Shown: in pieces, positions 1 through 13,028 of the stretch
Position numbering within the stretch: the first letter of the stretch is position 1
Layout of the letters: each line of letters starts with the position of its first letter
NCBI GenBank assembly: GCA_043228905.1
Contig: JBHGNT010000012.1
Location: 9,424,001-9,488,000, forward strand
Length of the DNA stretch: 64,000 nt
Direction of reading: 5' to 3'
Source of the DNA: Azolla caroliniana
Taxonomy: Eukaryota > Plantae > Polypodiophyta
Position numbers and translations under genes: made by a program
Notes under the pieces: model-generated
What the model was told of the DNA's origin: nothing
Database searches by the model: none
What the model saw: the letters and a program-made list of their open reading frames with translations, nothing else

Positions 1-474
1 TGCTCCAAACTTCGACGCTAACCCTCCAAGCTAGACCTGCACTATTTCGTCGTCCTCGACATTTACATCGATGGAGGTGATAGAGTCGCAGATGTCCTTG
101 ATCTTGGAGGTGTAATCAGCCACAGACATCCCGTTGTCGAACATTGCTCAACTCTTGCCTGAGTTGAAGTTTCCTGGATGTGGTGTTTGCGGCGAAAATA
201 TTTTTCAGATTTCCCCAAGCATCCTTTTGCGTCTTCGCATCCCGAATGTAGCTTAGAAGCTGACCGCTCACACAAGATGCAAAGCAATAGAGAACTCTGC
301 CTGCTGCTTGTTCCTAGGCCGGAAAGTCTCTGTGTGTTGATTCGGGTGTTGTGTCATTCGTGCCATCGACATAACTCCAATAGTCGTGCCTCGAGCAGGT
401 GCGTACGACCAAGATGCATAGTTGCTTCTGTCGAGCTTCTCCGTCGGAAGCGAGCTAGCCATTCCTCTATCCAT
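1..474 (-). pseudogene. Copia gag fragment (frameshifted)
   Basis: KLDRSNYASW motif typical of Copia gag N-terminus; frame broken. Confidence 0.75.
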
Positions 475-672
475 TCTTGTTTTTCTTCAGTTTGTCAGAG
501 TGATTAGGGTTTCTTTGTTTTTCTGGAGCAGAGGACTTCAAACCTTGCGCTCTGATACCATGTAAAAAGAATAGTACTTGTGCAAAAGTGTAACAAACAC
601 AACTGGGTAACATAGACAAACACAAGAAGGTTTAATGGAGACCTTAAACGACATAACATATGCAGGCGAGCG

Positions 673-675
<3 letters not shown>

Positions 676-762
<87 letters not shown>
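676..762. repeat. (GA)n microsatellite inside Copia LTR
   Basis: Perfect GA dinucleotide run; shorter in the LTR copy near 4898. Confidence 0.95.
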
Positions 763-765
<3 letters not shown>

Positions 766-1829
766 TGTACAGAGAACGCGCTCAGAGAGCTCTTTTATAC
801 AAGTCCATACGGACTGACAAAAGTACTGACTCGTACTTCAATGCTCATTAATGAGCCTCCTACACTAACTCGCAAAATTATTCCTTCGCGGAATATCTAT
901 CTAACGGCCTCTCGGTTTACGCACCGCTATGGCCACTAGTTGTGCGCACGGTTTACGCACCCAGTCTACGCACTGGTTTATGCACCCAATGTTGAGCTTG
1001 TATCTCAACAATATTGAATTTGTTTGCTTTTCTGTCTTGGGGTGAAATGTCATCAGTTTTTGTTTTTTAAACTTCAAGTAGGAGATATGAGACTAAACTA
1101 CAAGTTACAGACAAAGATAGAATGATCCAATACAATATTATTTGGACATTGATTTGGAAAATGTTGACAACCTAGAATGTTAGAACTTGCATGTGTCAAT
1201 AAACAAGGTTCTCAGCTAGTGATGAAGTAACTAAACAAAATTATTGCAATGATAATGTCAGCCATCAAGATTACAAGCATGCAATCATCAAAATAACAAG
1301 CGTGCAAAAACCCCCTCATATATAAGCATACCATTTCATATTGCAAAAGACCTTAACAATTGTTAAATGAAAACATAAGAAATTGTGCCGAAAAGGATAC
1401 CAAAGGAAGAAGAACCAAGGATAGAACATAGCATGCGTCAAGAGGAATATATGTCTAAACACTACCCCAAATATAGAAAGGAGGTCCTAAATGTCCAAGA
1501 CTATTTTTGTTAAGTAGATGGCACGTGGTGCACTGGTTGTGAGGATATGGGCACCTACAAGGAACCCCAAGCAACTAATACAAGAAAAGAGGGATAGAAC
1601 AAAATGAATGCAATGCAAGACAATGGGTAACCTAGTGTGAAACAAACACACTTTGTAAAAGCTATAAAAGCCACTATGTAGTGTATATTATAGTTATTCT
1701 AAAATTAATAGTTTCTCCAAGTGACTATTGTGGGAAGCCTCCTCTTTTATCTCCCTAATGTAATTAAGAGCTGAGAGAGATTAATGAGAGAGGTTAGTAA
1801 ACCAAGTTCTAATCTCTCTCTCTCTCTTG

Positions 1830-2260
1830 TGTTGAAGAAGTTGTCATTGGGAATGTTGTGATTATGCTTTTGTTATATGCAGATATTGTAGTGCTTTTTG
1901 CAAATACTTTGGGAGATGCACAAAAGCTTATGAAGGCATTGGAAATTTTTTGCATGCATACTAAATTAAGTGTCAATAGCTCTAAAACAAAGATTATGCT
2001 TGTGAAGAACCAAAAAAGAGATAAACTATGCATTATGTACAACAATGAGCCACTTCAATGTGTGGAAAGCTTCAAATATCTTGGCCTTGAAGTTCCTTCA
2101 AATCATAGATAGAATTAATGTGGTACACGCCGCTTAGAGGCGGGTAAGCGAGCATACTATGCATTTGAGAACACATGCAATCTTGGAGATATTAAGTGTT
2201 GGGTCCTCAAGAAATATCTTTTCGACACTTTGGTGACACCGGTTCTTCTCTATGGGGTTG
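1830..2260 (+). mobile_element. LINE reverse transcriptase fragment (RTE/RTEX-like), cut by a Gypsy LTR at 2261
   Basis: LLYADIV..VNSSKTK..FKYLG motifs; near-identical to LINE at 38665-40120. Confidence 0.85.
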
Positions 2261-2700
2261 TGTTGTCACCGGGATGGACAAGCCACTAAGACAGGGTGTC
2301 CTTTTGGAACACTTCACCAAAGTGTGGTACGGTAAGGAATGTGCAGACCGTGATATAGAACTGATCCTTCCTGGTTACTATCCAGAATGATTAACTTGAT
2401 ACACACGTATGATAATCACATTAAGCATAGAACGGTATTAACAAGATACACAGTATGTAAAGACACAACACCTCTCTATTAATTATCCTTCGTTCCTTAC
2501 ATCGTCTCTGGATCCTTTTATAGGTATCTGACTGGGTTACCAACTGGTGCCAACCGGCAATCGGCTACGAACCGGTTCAGATCCGGATCGGCATACCGAT
2601 TCCGGGTCCGTTCATCCGCTCTTATAATTATCATAATTGAACTAATTACAACTCCCAAAACCGACTCCCCTTTCATACTCTGGCCTAACCGGCCAACTCA

Positions 2701-2740
2701 TGGCACGCCCGTGGGATAGTACATTGTACGTCGAACCCAT
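2701..2740 (-). other. tRNA-Arg 3'-end-like element / inverted second PBS at PPT position (A1)
   Basis: Sense strand ATGGGTTCGA-CGTACAATGTACT-ATCCCACGGGCGTGCCA, 2 nt before the 3' LTR. Confidence 0.75.
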
Positions 2741-2835
2741 GGTTAGCCCCTTCATTCATCCTCCAAAATGTCTAGAATGCTCTGGTCCAACGGTTCCAAT
2801 GGTTCATCAGGTACTTGCTCCTCCAGTTGTAGTTC

Positions 2836-3626
2836 ACAATTGGCAACGGTTCGGTTCACGGCTTAATGGCTTAACGGTTTCAACAGTTCGGTTCGGTTCG
2901 GTTTCATCAGTAAAAAAACATGGTTTAAACGGTTTAACGGTTTTTTATTTTTTATTCATTGTTTATTTTTTAAATAAAATTTTAAAATTTTAAAAAAATT
3001 CTAAAAATTGTTTTTAAACAATCTTTTCATTTTTAGACCTTATTTTCACATTTTAGGAACATCTTTAAAATTTTAAAATTTTAAAAAATGAAATATTATA
3101 AATTTTAAAAAATAAAAAATTTGACCTATGTTGAAAACCGAAAACGAACCACGAAACCGCGGTTTTTACGGTTTAATGGTTTAATCCTCCAGTTGTAGTT
3201 AACAATCGGCAACGGTTCGGTTCGCGGCTTAACGACTTAACGGTTTCAACGGTTTGGTTTGGTTTGGTTTCATAAGTAAAAAAACACGATTTAAACGGTT
3301 TAACGGTTTTTTATTTTTTATTCATTGTTTATTTTTTAAATAAAATTCTAAAAATTGTTTTTAAACAATCTTTTCATTTTTAGACCTTATTTTCACATTT
3401 TAGGAACATCTTAAAAATTGTAAAATTTTAAAAAATGAAATATTATAAATTTTAAAACATAAAAAATTTAACCTATGTTGAAAACCGAAAACGAACCACG
3501 AAACCGCGGTTTTTACAGTTTAATGGTTTAATGGTTTAAAAAATGTTTAACGGATTCGCAGTTCGGTTCGGTTTGGACCCTCTCAAACCGAACTGAACTG
3601 AACCGAACTAAACCGTTGTCGATTGT
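2836..3626. mobile_element. AT-rich MITE (3202-3626) with a tandem partial duplicate (2836-3185), inserted in A1 extra ORF
   Basis: TIR ACAATCGGCAACGGTTCGGTTCG versus CGAACTAAACCGTTGTCGATTGT; many AACCG subterminal repeats. Confidence 0.75.
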
Positions 3627-4782
3627 TAGTTATAGTAGTAGTAGTTGTTGTTCCTCTGGTTGTAGTTGTTGTTGTTGTTGTTGGTCTCTGGCCTGCTCTC
3701 CGACCTGCTCTTCCTCTCCGGCTCTACTGGTCTCGGCGCTTTGGGCTCCATCTCCTCTGTCCTTGGCTCCTCCTGCTGCTGCACTGGGTCTTTGTCTGGC
3801 TCCTTCGGTCTAACATCTTCCAGTTGTTCTACTCGGGCTTCGTTTGGTTGGCCTGCTCTGGTCCCGGCTACATTCGGTGGCTGCTCTGGAGATTGCTCTC
3901 CGTTACTGATGTTAATTGCCGCCGACATTTGCGATATTATCTACTGTCTTCGCTCCCATTCGTATCCCTCGAATTGGAGTTGAGTGCCAAGCTGGTCATC
4001 ATCCAACTGTTCTACCAGCCGCCTTACAACCGCCAATTGTTCCCTTGCCAGGGACAAGAAATCGTCTGACAACTCCTCTCGGATGGTTACAATACTCTCC
4101 GCATCCATCTTGTAGAAGTTGTCACCATCCTTTCTCTGGTTTTTCGCATCCGCTCGCAGCATCTGTAATTCCTCTGCCTGTTGTGCCCATTTTGACCACC
4201 ATTGTACTGAGCTTTCACCAATCATACTCTTTGTTCGTTCTTTCCATGCCAGCACAATGTCGCAGATCCGGACGAGCCCCATCTTGGATTTGTCCTCTGC
4301 AACCTGCTTTTCCTCCTTCAACTTCTTTATCAGGCCCGTGGTTGCCTGTGGCTGCACCTCATATTCCAGGAATTGGGTTTGATAATTTGTCTGAACTCTG
4401 TTCAACGCCATCTTTGCTCGTTCCGTCTCCTCATAATGATGCTGGTTGAGCTCCATCCAGTCCCTTGCCGCTTCTTCCAGTGCCTTTGCCATGTCGACCG
4501 CCTTGGTCCGTTCTTCCGCCAATGCCTTCGTCGCCCTATTGACTTCCTTCCGGAGTTCCCCTAGCTTCTCCTGCTGCCGGTCACCTTCTGCCATTAACTT
4601 CTTGTGACATTGGGGTTTTTTTAGTGTTGGGAGAGCTAAGCTAGACAATCTAGCAAGCTAAAGGGAATCATTTAGAGGGAGGATTTGTTTTTTTAAAGGG
4701 AGCCATAAACAATGATTGCACTTAATTGTCATGTTGATATGTCATGAAACATCCAAGATATTGTTTGAATATTTGGTTTATT

Positions 4783-4887
4783 TGTAAAAAGAATAGTACG
4801 TGTGCGGAAGCATAACAGACAGAACCGGGTAACACAAACGAACACAAGAAGGTTTAATGGAGAGCTTAAACGACACAATGTATGTAG

Positions 4888-4918
<31 letters not shown>

Positions 4919-5198
4919 AGAAGAACACACAAAACTCAAATTCAAAAATAATAACACTCTGTACATAGAACGTGCTTAGAGAGCGCTTTTATACAAGTCC
5001 ATACGGACTGACATAAGTACTGACTTGTACTTGAATGCTCATTAATGAGCCTCCTACACTAACTCCCAAGATTACTCCTTCGCGGAATATCTATCTAACG
5101 GCCTCTCGGTTTACCCATCGCTACGGCCGCTAGTTGTGCACACGGTTTATGCACCCAGTCTATGCACTGGTTTACGCACCGGTTTACACACCCAATGT
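4783..5198 (-). repeat. Copia LTR (same family as 561-1010), lacking the last ~18 bp
   Basis: Direct similarity to 561-992; no adjacent PBS. Confidence 0.85.
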
Positions 5199-5875
5199 GA
5201 TCCGGTGATGAATAAGGAAGACCTAATGAGAACCAGAAGAGATCCGGAAACCGAAGGAGAGCCGGTAAGAACTGGAAGAGAGACATATCTGTAAATATGT
5301 TTCTTGAGTAAGCCTATTGAGGCTATATTTGTAAATAGCCCTATGTTCATATCAGTATAAATATGACTAAGGGCAATGACTTTGGTAGTAGTTGTTATTG
5401 TCATATTGTTGTATAGAGAGCGACAGAGAGAAATAGAGAGAGCGAGAGAGTAGCTAAGAGCAGTCTTTGTTGTAACCGCCGTCTGATGAAGATCGCGAGC
5501 ACGAGGTCGTTGCCTTTATGCCTCCACTTTGTATTTCCTCTGATATAGTGATAGTTGCAGTCCGTGGGCTACTGTGGTTTTTTCCCTATCAGGGTTTTCC
5601 ACGTAAACATCCTATGTATTTCTCGGTGTACCCCCCATTTCCCATTTCTATATTCCCTTCTCATCGAAGTGATTCAAGACTCGGTTGTGGCCGAGCAATA
5701 TTCCACGTTTTTCTTATCAATCTAGTATCAGAGCGAACAACAGAGGAAATGGAAGAATTGTTCGGGGGCATGTTCAAGCTCACCAGCTCCAACTACTCAA
5801 TGTGGAAGTTGAAGATGAGGGATACGTTGGTGATTAAAGATATTTGGTTGCTGATTCAATTCGGGGGAGACGTTC
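5199..5875 (+). mobile_element. Copia LTR remnant, degenerate iMet PBS (5723-5734) and gag start
   Basis: TAGTATCAGAGC after ..TTATCA; MFKLTSSNYSMWKLKMRD gag motif; LTR similar to 11267-11760. Confidence 0.75.
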
Positions 5876-6178
5876 TATAGCTCGTTGGAAAGCTCTTTCA
5901 AAGAGCTTTCTAAAGAATGTTCATTTACTAAATTTCGTTACTATGGCAAAAATTATGAGCATTTTCATTTGCAACCATCTTTGCCCCACGGTTCCTCAAA
6001 TGCAAGATAGATTTTGAAGCCCTAAATCGAGTGAAAGGTACATTCTCTCTCGCTCCCTCTTTGTCTCTCTCTTCCCATAGGGTTTGTCCCTACAATGGCA
6101 AACACTCGTAAAGCCACCGCAAAGTTCGGAGGTATGATTGATAATGAGCCGAGATCACCAACAAATCTTGATTCCAAT

Positions 6179-6441
6179 GTGTTGATGGGGTCGGGGGTGG
6201 AGCCATTCTCCCAAGGGGGTTACGAAAGAAAGAGAGAGGAGAGTGAAAACAAGTAATGACACCAAAATGAGAGGGGAAAAATGTATATTCATTAGATGCC
6301 CCATAAGGGGTTTATATAATACATAATGTAACGGTAAATAATGACCGTTACAAAAGAGACGACCTTTACACTCTTGTCACATGCACATAATTGTGCATGT
6401 GCTCACACATACTCATCCTCACACACTCATTTACTTTACAC
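6179..6441. repeat. LTR fragment related to element E LTRs
   Basis: Shares TCCCAAGGGG, CCCCATAAGGGGTT and TGTGCATGT blocks with 60330-60600. Confidence 0.5.
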
Positions 6442-9394
6442 TGTTGGTCGGTTAGACTAGAGTATGAAAGGGGAGTCGGTTTTGGGAGTTGTAATTAGTT
6501 CAATTATGATAATTATAAAAGCGGACGGACGGACCCGGAATCGGTATGCCGATCCGGATTTGAACTGGTTCGTAGTCGGTTACCGGTTGGCACCGGTTTG
6601 TAACCCAGCCGGATACCTATAAAAGGATCCGGAGACGATGTAAGGAATGACGGATAATTAATAGAGAGGTGATTGGTCTTTACATATTGTGTATCTTGTT
6701 AATACTGTTCTGTGCTTAATGTGATTATCATACGTGTGTATCAAGTTAATCATTCCGGATAGTAACCGGGAAGGATCGGTCTTGTATCACAGTCTGCACA
6801 TTCCTTACCGTACCACCCTTTGGTGAAGTGTTCCAAAGGGACACTATGTTGACGGATAATTAATAGAGAGGTGATGTGTCTTTACATATTGTGTATCTTG
6901 TTAATACCGTTCTGTGCTTAATGTGATTATCATACGTGTGTATCAAGTTAATCATTCCGGATAGTAACCGGGAATGATCGGTCTTGTATCACGGTCTGCA
7001 CATTCTTTACCGTACCACCCTTTGGTGAAGTATTCCAAAGGGACACGCTGTGTTAGCGGCTTGTCCAACCTAGTGACAACATAGTTTTGGCGACCACGAT
7101 TCCTGCAAAAAGTGTAGTGAACAATGGGGGAATGGATGCATAGACCAACGAACAACCCAATGGCCGAGCAAGCGCGAAGACTCGCCGAGAGACTACGGAA
7201 GCAGGAGGTTTACCAGCAGGCGGCGGAGGAGATCCGGTCGGATCGGTCTTCTTCTAGAGTGATTTGGCAGGTCGTAGAGGAGTCGCTCCAATTGCAACAA
7301 AACCACCACCCGGACGAAGGAAGTAGTCTAAGCAGTTTGCAAGCAGCGGAGTCCATTCTGTAGACACTAGCCGCAAGAGATGATGGTTTAGAAGCGTTCT
7401 CCGCCATCGAATCGGATTCGAATGGGGAAAACAACGTCCAATCAAATTATCATAGTAGCCACGATACCCTAGACGACCCGGAAGACAACGAGTCGGACCA
7501 CATACCGACACCGGAGCCGGAAACAACAAAACTGAAAGCTCCAGACAAAACGATCGGCACGGAACAACAAGAGGTGGAACAAGTTCCGACACCACAACCT
7601 GAGTCACCAACGGAATAGGAGGAGCGAGTTCCGACACCGACCCAAGAAGACGACGACACAATGCCGTACCAATATCCGAAGTATCAGGATGACCCAGACG
7701 CGGAAACCCATGTATACACGTTTCTCCAAACTTGGGAGGTGAATCATGTCTTCCAACGACTGAACGAAGCCGAGGTAGAACGATCAAAATTGCAGAATTT
7801 GGCATGACTTTAGAGGGACCCGCGGCACGTTGGCACTCCAAGCACCGCCCGAGCAGTATTTTTGGTAGCGCTCCGGGAACCTCTCCGAACGGTGTGTGCG
7901 GTCATAGATTTTCGGACCAGCACAATAGATCAGGTCATTGATCGGGTCATGGAAATGGACAAAAGAAGTTCGTGGTTGACGATGGGAGCACTCCAAAGAA
8001 CACTCCCTACCGAAGAGGACCTATGCTTTCGTCAGGCGGTCCAATGCACGACGTGCCTTAACCCCAGGCACTCAACAATAGAGTGCACGATGAGATCGCA
8101 GTGCATGCTATGCCACTCCTGGTCACATAGAATGGACCGCTGCGAGTACAACTTGCTGAATTGGCAAGCTGCACCAGTCCGGCACATCGAGACCCGGAAC
8201 GACCGGGAGGACAAAGAAGAACGATTTCGGCGAGACGATCGCTACCGACTGGTACAAGACGTCTAATACAATGACTGACGAGACAATTATGACCAGGACC
8301 GGAGCAAGAGAAACCGCGACTATAACGGCGATCATTATAATCAAGATTACTTCCCCGACTATGATCGGAGAAAAGAGGATGAACGGGAAGACGATGAAGA
8401 CCGGCACCGGCAAGGATACTGGGGAGAGAATCGGGACCGGTAAAAGACAACACACTGACACCTCGCTCCGAGGGATTAGAGCCAATGAAGGAAATGGAAC
8501 CTGATCGGCCAGTAACGGCAAGAGAAGTACCAATCTCACCGGGTTGACAGGCATAACAAGAAAAGAAGTTGCCATTAGAAACAACAATACAACCAGGGGT
8601 TGTGGCGAGAGCAGAGCCAACACCGCAACCAGAACCGGCAAGGCAACAAGGCACCGACAGTCAATGGTTGCGATGGATCGGAGAGTAGGTGGCCGGGATT
8701 GTAAGCCAAATTGAAGCGGAAGAGAGAGCACAACGGGATTGGTTGTTCGCCACAACCGAAGAACTTGAGAAGGTCCGGTCGAGGATCTGAAGCATGGAGG
8801 AAGGAATTGAGAAGGCCAAAGCAGACACAGCCAGAAAGGTCAATCAGGGGCCGACAGGACCAGAATCGGTGGCGTCGGTGACTAAGTAGACAGATAACAC
8901 GCAGGTACCTCTGCCAGCTCCAGAGACAAGCATCACACGGGAGCAAGAACTCTCCACTCTTAGGGAACAGTTAGAAACCCATGAGGCCTTGAGGGCTAGA
9001 GAACGAGAGCAGAAGAAGGCAGAGGAGGATGAGAAACGAAGACTCGAAGAAAATCTCCAGCAAAGCTGCCAATCAAATGACTTGTTGAAGGAAGAAAATG
9101 AGAAGTTGCTACACGAGAAGGATAACCTCCGGCGATCGGCGGAAAACGAAATCGAGCGGCTCAAAGAAGAACTCGACGCCAAATAAACCAAAAGCTGAAG
9201 TAGAAGATGGAGGATTTTGAATAACTGCACCGGTATCACAAGCATTTGGATGCAGAGCACAAGAAGGTGACAGGCAGCAGGAGAAGCTAGAGAAACTCTG
9301 GAAGGACGTTAACAAGGCGACGAAGGCATTGGCGGAAGAACAAACCAAGGCGGTCGACATGGCAAAGGCACTGGAAGAAGCGGCAACAGACCGG
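6442..9394 (+). mobile_element. Gypsy family A copy A2: 5' LTR 6442-7081 (with ~200-bp internal tandem duplication), PBS 7088-7097, decayed gag joined to extra ORF, pol absent
   Basis: TGTTGG..ACAACA LTR; TGGCGACCAC PBS; gag peptides match B1 gag; QQGTDSQWLRWIGE block of extra ORF follows at ~8640. Confidence 0.85.
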
Positions 9395-9402
9395 TGTTGT
9401 GT

Positions 9403-12400
9403 TGTGACGTGCGTGTGTGGAGAACGAGGCGGGATCATGGGGGCCTTGGATCGAGAAATAACCGAATGAGAAGAGGGGAACGAAACTACCGATGTACTTC
9501 ACACACGCACAGACACACAGATTCACAGGGGTTGCAACTAACTCTGAACAATGGAGACAAAACGAATGTATAGGTATATACAAATCAACGAGTTACAACC
9601 GGCAAGCCAGCGAGTGATAGGCTCCGACGCCTACACACACACACACACACAACACGAGATGGAGACTCTGCCGGAAGCACTCGACATTCCGCGGAGTAGA
9701 GTCGGCCTCCCGAAAACCTGCACAGAACGACTATGGAGAAGACAAAGGAGAAGAGCTCGGTTCCAGTCCGGCAACACTTCATCCTCCACAAAATGCGATA
9801 TCCCCCCCCCCCCCCCCTTTTTACAATACCTCTCCCTCTCTTTTATAGCCCAAGGAGGGAGACCCTTACCATTCGTTACATCATGTTTATTCCCTATCCT
9901 TTCGGATAGGGATACGCCTCGATTTTCTCCCTAATGAATGCGTGCTACCTAGGATTTCACCTCAACCAACTTGTACCTGTCTACGTACTATACAACAAAA
10001 CTTGTGCCCATGTGTAAGGGTTGGTTTACACACGTTATACCTGGTTTTCGCCTAGGGACGGTTTTCTCCACGACATCCGCCCCCACCTAACCGCACATCC
10101 ACTGGTATGCGCCAAAATTAGACTCTTGCCGGAGAAGACTGGCCCACGCTTATCCTTCGTCTTCTTGATCAACATCCGTTCCGAGCGAGTCGTTGTCGCT
10201 ATCCAGGTCATCCGTGTCCGGTTCAGCCTGATGCCGCTTTTTGAAAGCTTTGATCCTTTTCCACGCCACCGGTACCGCCATCCTTATCCCGTCGAGCTCC
10301 GCAAGATGGTAGGTCCCATTGTCGTTGGTGCTTGTCACCACATAAGTCCCGAACCACCTTCTTGCAAACTTCCGCATTGCCCTGTCCTAGTTGTCGAGGT
10401 TGTTGTCATACACTAGAACCCAGTCGCCTTCTTCGATCTTCTTCGGTCTCAGTCGATGAGTTCGGTCGAACCGTCCTTTGTTCTTTACCCTCGCCACCCG
10501 TAGCTTCTCCGCGGCTCGGTCCACATCCTCCGGTCTTCGCTCAACTACCGAATCCATGCCACTAACAGCTCCTCCCTGCTCATCTCGTCTTTCCAATCCA
10601 CTGTGGCCCATGAGGAGATTGTCTACTTCGTTGGCATGATCGGCTTCTGCCCGTACATTAGCTCTACCGGCATGAACCCGGTTACCAAACTATGCGTAGT
10701 TCGGTCCGCCCACAACACATACGGTAAGAGCCGCGGCCAATTCCCGACTTGGCCTCCACACGCCCATACTAACGCATTGACGATCGGCCCGTGTCCTCGC
10801 TCCACCTTCCCGCTAGACTCCGGATTGTACGCTATGATTAGCGAGAGTTTAATCCGTAGCCGGTCAAACAGCTCTTCCGCCTCTTGCGCGTCCAATTCTC
10901 TGCGGTCGGCCATGATCTTACCTACGCACCCGTACCGGCATACCACTTCTTCGATCAAAAATCGGCACACGGCCACGGTCGTTTTGTTCTGCAATGCTCG
11001 GCCTTCCACCTGGTTCGTCATGTCCTCCCGAGCCAGCACCAGATACCGCATTTGCCCTACCCCCATCGGCATCGTCACCAGATCCACTATCCACTTAAAG
11101 TGGACGGTCGGAGGGTAGTTCGGGTGAAGCTCGTCCCGATGTCGGACTATGGAGGGCACTTGAGAGCTTTCGCAAGTCGTCACGAACCGATGCACGTCTC
11201 GGTATAGTCCTGGCTACCAGTACTTCCCCTTTAGCTTCTCAAACTCTCGTGGTATGCCGTTAGCAATGTTAGGAAACAGGTCCCTCCAGATGGGAAGTTA
11301 GAAGAACAGTATTGATGAGCAAACTCAGCTACGGAAGACCCGGTGAGAACCGGATGGCAAGTACCCGGCTACCGAGATCCGGATGTTGCAGACCCGGTGA
11401 GAACCGCAGGACGAGTACCCGACAAGCACCGAATGATGCAGGCCCAGTGAGGAGTGCTCACAGGATGAAGAGACATATTCGTAAATATGTTTCTGAGAGT
11501 CCATCGTGGCTATATTTGTAAATAGCCGAAAAGTGATATTAGTATAAATATGACTTAGGGCAAACTTTAGATGTGTGTGGTTGACATTCTTGTTGGCGCA
11601 AGATTAGAGCGTGCAACTGTGTACAGAGAGAGTGAGAGAGAGGAAGAGGTCGTTGCCTCTGATTGTAACCACCGCCTGTGGCGAAGATAGCAAGCTCAAG
11701 GTCGTGGCCTCAGTGCTTTCTTATTGTACATTCTGACATAGTGATAGTTTGCGGTCGTGGCTTCCTGTTCCTCTTTCTTCACCACCACTCGGAGTGGGAT
11801 GTCGTTTCTCTTCTTTGGATGCTTCCATACGCTCCCGTCCTGTAGGAAGAATCGGTACGCTTTTTTCCGAATCCGATTCCTTCGTCCACGCCGCGTCTGA
11901 TGTCATTGCCTTTAGGAACCCGCCGATCTGGAGCTACTCCCCGTCATACTTGGTCTCGTCGAATTCGTTAAGTGCCGGAGTGCTCCCCTTTCTTGTTGTT
12001 ATGTAAGCCACCTTGAAGAAGTCCACGCCGACTTCCTCGTCCTCCAAAACCATGTCGTCCTCGTCATCAACCTCGCTCACGAAAGCATGTCGGCCATGGA
12101 AATGTCCTTTCCGGAAATGTGTCGTATTTCCGGATTAAGGGACTTGATGTACGCTATCCACCTGAGCATTGCCAGGTCCGGTATCGTGCATCCGGAAACC
12201 ATGCTGAGAATCGGCAGGCAGTCCGTCTCGATTATCACCTCTGTTCTGATTAGGTAGTCTTTCTTGGCCTTGACCGCCAAAACGATACCCCAGAGTTCGC
12301 GTTTAACCTGGGCGTATCCTCGTTTTCGCTCATTGAGGACTTTTGCGCCAAACCAGATGGGGAACCTCGCGCCATCGTCATCCTCTTGGTTGATCACCCA

Positions 12401-13027
12401 TCCGATCCCGGTCGGACTCATGTCTACGGTCATGTAAATCGGAGTGTCTTTGCCGTAGACAGCCTTTCGGAGCGCTGGTGCCGCAGCAAGTGCTTCTTTC
12501 ATCTCCCGCACCGACTCCGTATGCTCATCTCCCCACTTGAATTTACGCCCTTTCTTCAGCAACCCATAGGGCGGCTCCGCAACGTGGGCGTAATGCGGGA
12601 TCCAGATATGGGTGAACGCACATGCTCCCAAGAATCTCAGAACCTCCATAACCGAATTGCAGTCTTGCTTCATCGCGGAGATGGCCTACACCTTGGCCGG
12701 AGACGGTTTCCGACCGTATGGCCCGCATAGGTGTCCGACGACCATGATCTCTGATTGCCCGAAGGTGGATTTTACCCCGGAGAAGGTGAGCTTCGTGCCT
12801 TCTAGTCTTTGCAGTACCTTCTCGCAGTCATCGACGTGAGCCGCCACGAATTTCCGACATCCGTCTGGTCTGATTGTCTTGTCCTTTTCCTCCACCGGGC
12901 ATCCTTTGATTGGGATGCCATCTAAGAATGGCATGGTGATGCTCGAGATACAATCCCTCAGCACTTTGTTCATTGCGTTCACCATGTGGGCTACTGAGTT
13001 CATCCCTCCTTGCGGGAGGGTACACAT
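9403..13027 (-). mobile_element. Gypsy family D, 3' part: RT-RNaseH-integrase remnant, PPT (~10076-10090), 3' LTR ~9403-10075
   Basis: LPQGGMNSV/PFLDGIPIKGC RT; RNase H (VDMS, KRELWG, ETDC); integrase YNPESSGKVERG; GGTGGGGGCGGA precedes TGTCGTGG LTR start; left LTR boundary uncertain by a few bases. Confidence 0.8.
11267..11760 (+). repeat. Truncated Copia-type LTR inserted in the family D integrase
   Basis: TGTTAG start; GGCTATATTTGTAAATAGCC and GAAGAGACATAT blocks shared with 5199-5719; D frame resumes at ~11761. Confidence 0.7.
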
Positions 13028-13028
13028 C

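Larger units (their letters stand above)
1..1010 (-). mobile_element. Ty1/Copia LTR retrotransposon, 5' end (LTR 561-1010, tRNA-iMet PBS 549-560, degenerate gag start)
   Basis: TGGTATCAGAGC PBS on minus next to a TG..CA-bounded LTR; gag N-terminus MASSLPTEKLDRSNYASWSY matches the copy at 59830. Confidence 0.85.
2261..4592 (-). mobile_element. Gypsy family A copy A1, 3' part: 3' LTR 2261-2698 plus C-terminal part of extra coiled-coil ORF (2752-4592)
   Basis: LTR is the reverse complement of 6442-7081; ORF 3941-4648 homologous to 20489-22459. Confidence 0.85.

Noticed and set aside
635-851. ORFs encoding poly-ER
   Set aside because: Translation of the (GA)n microsatellite in an LTR
2836-3626. 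CRISPR-like repeat array
   Set aside because: Eukaryotic context; irregular AACCG subterminal repeats without unique spacers
5886-5913. Palindrome GAAAGCTCTTTCAAAGAGCTTTC
   Set aside because: Isolated; probably a DNA-transposon remnant with undefinable boundaries
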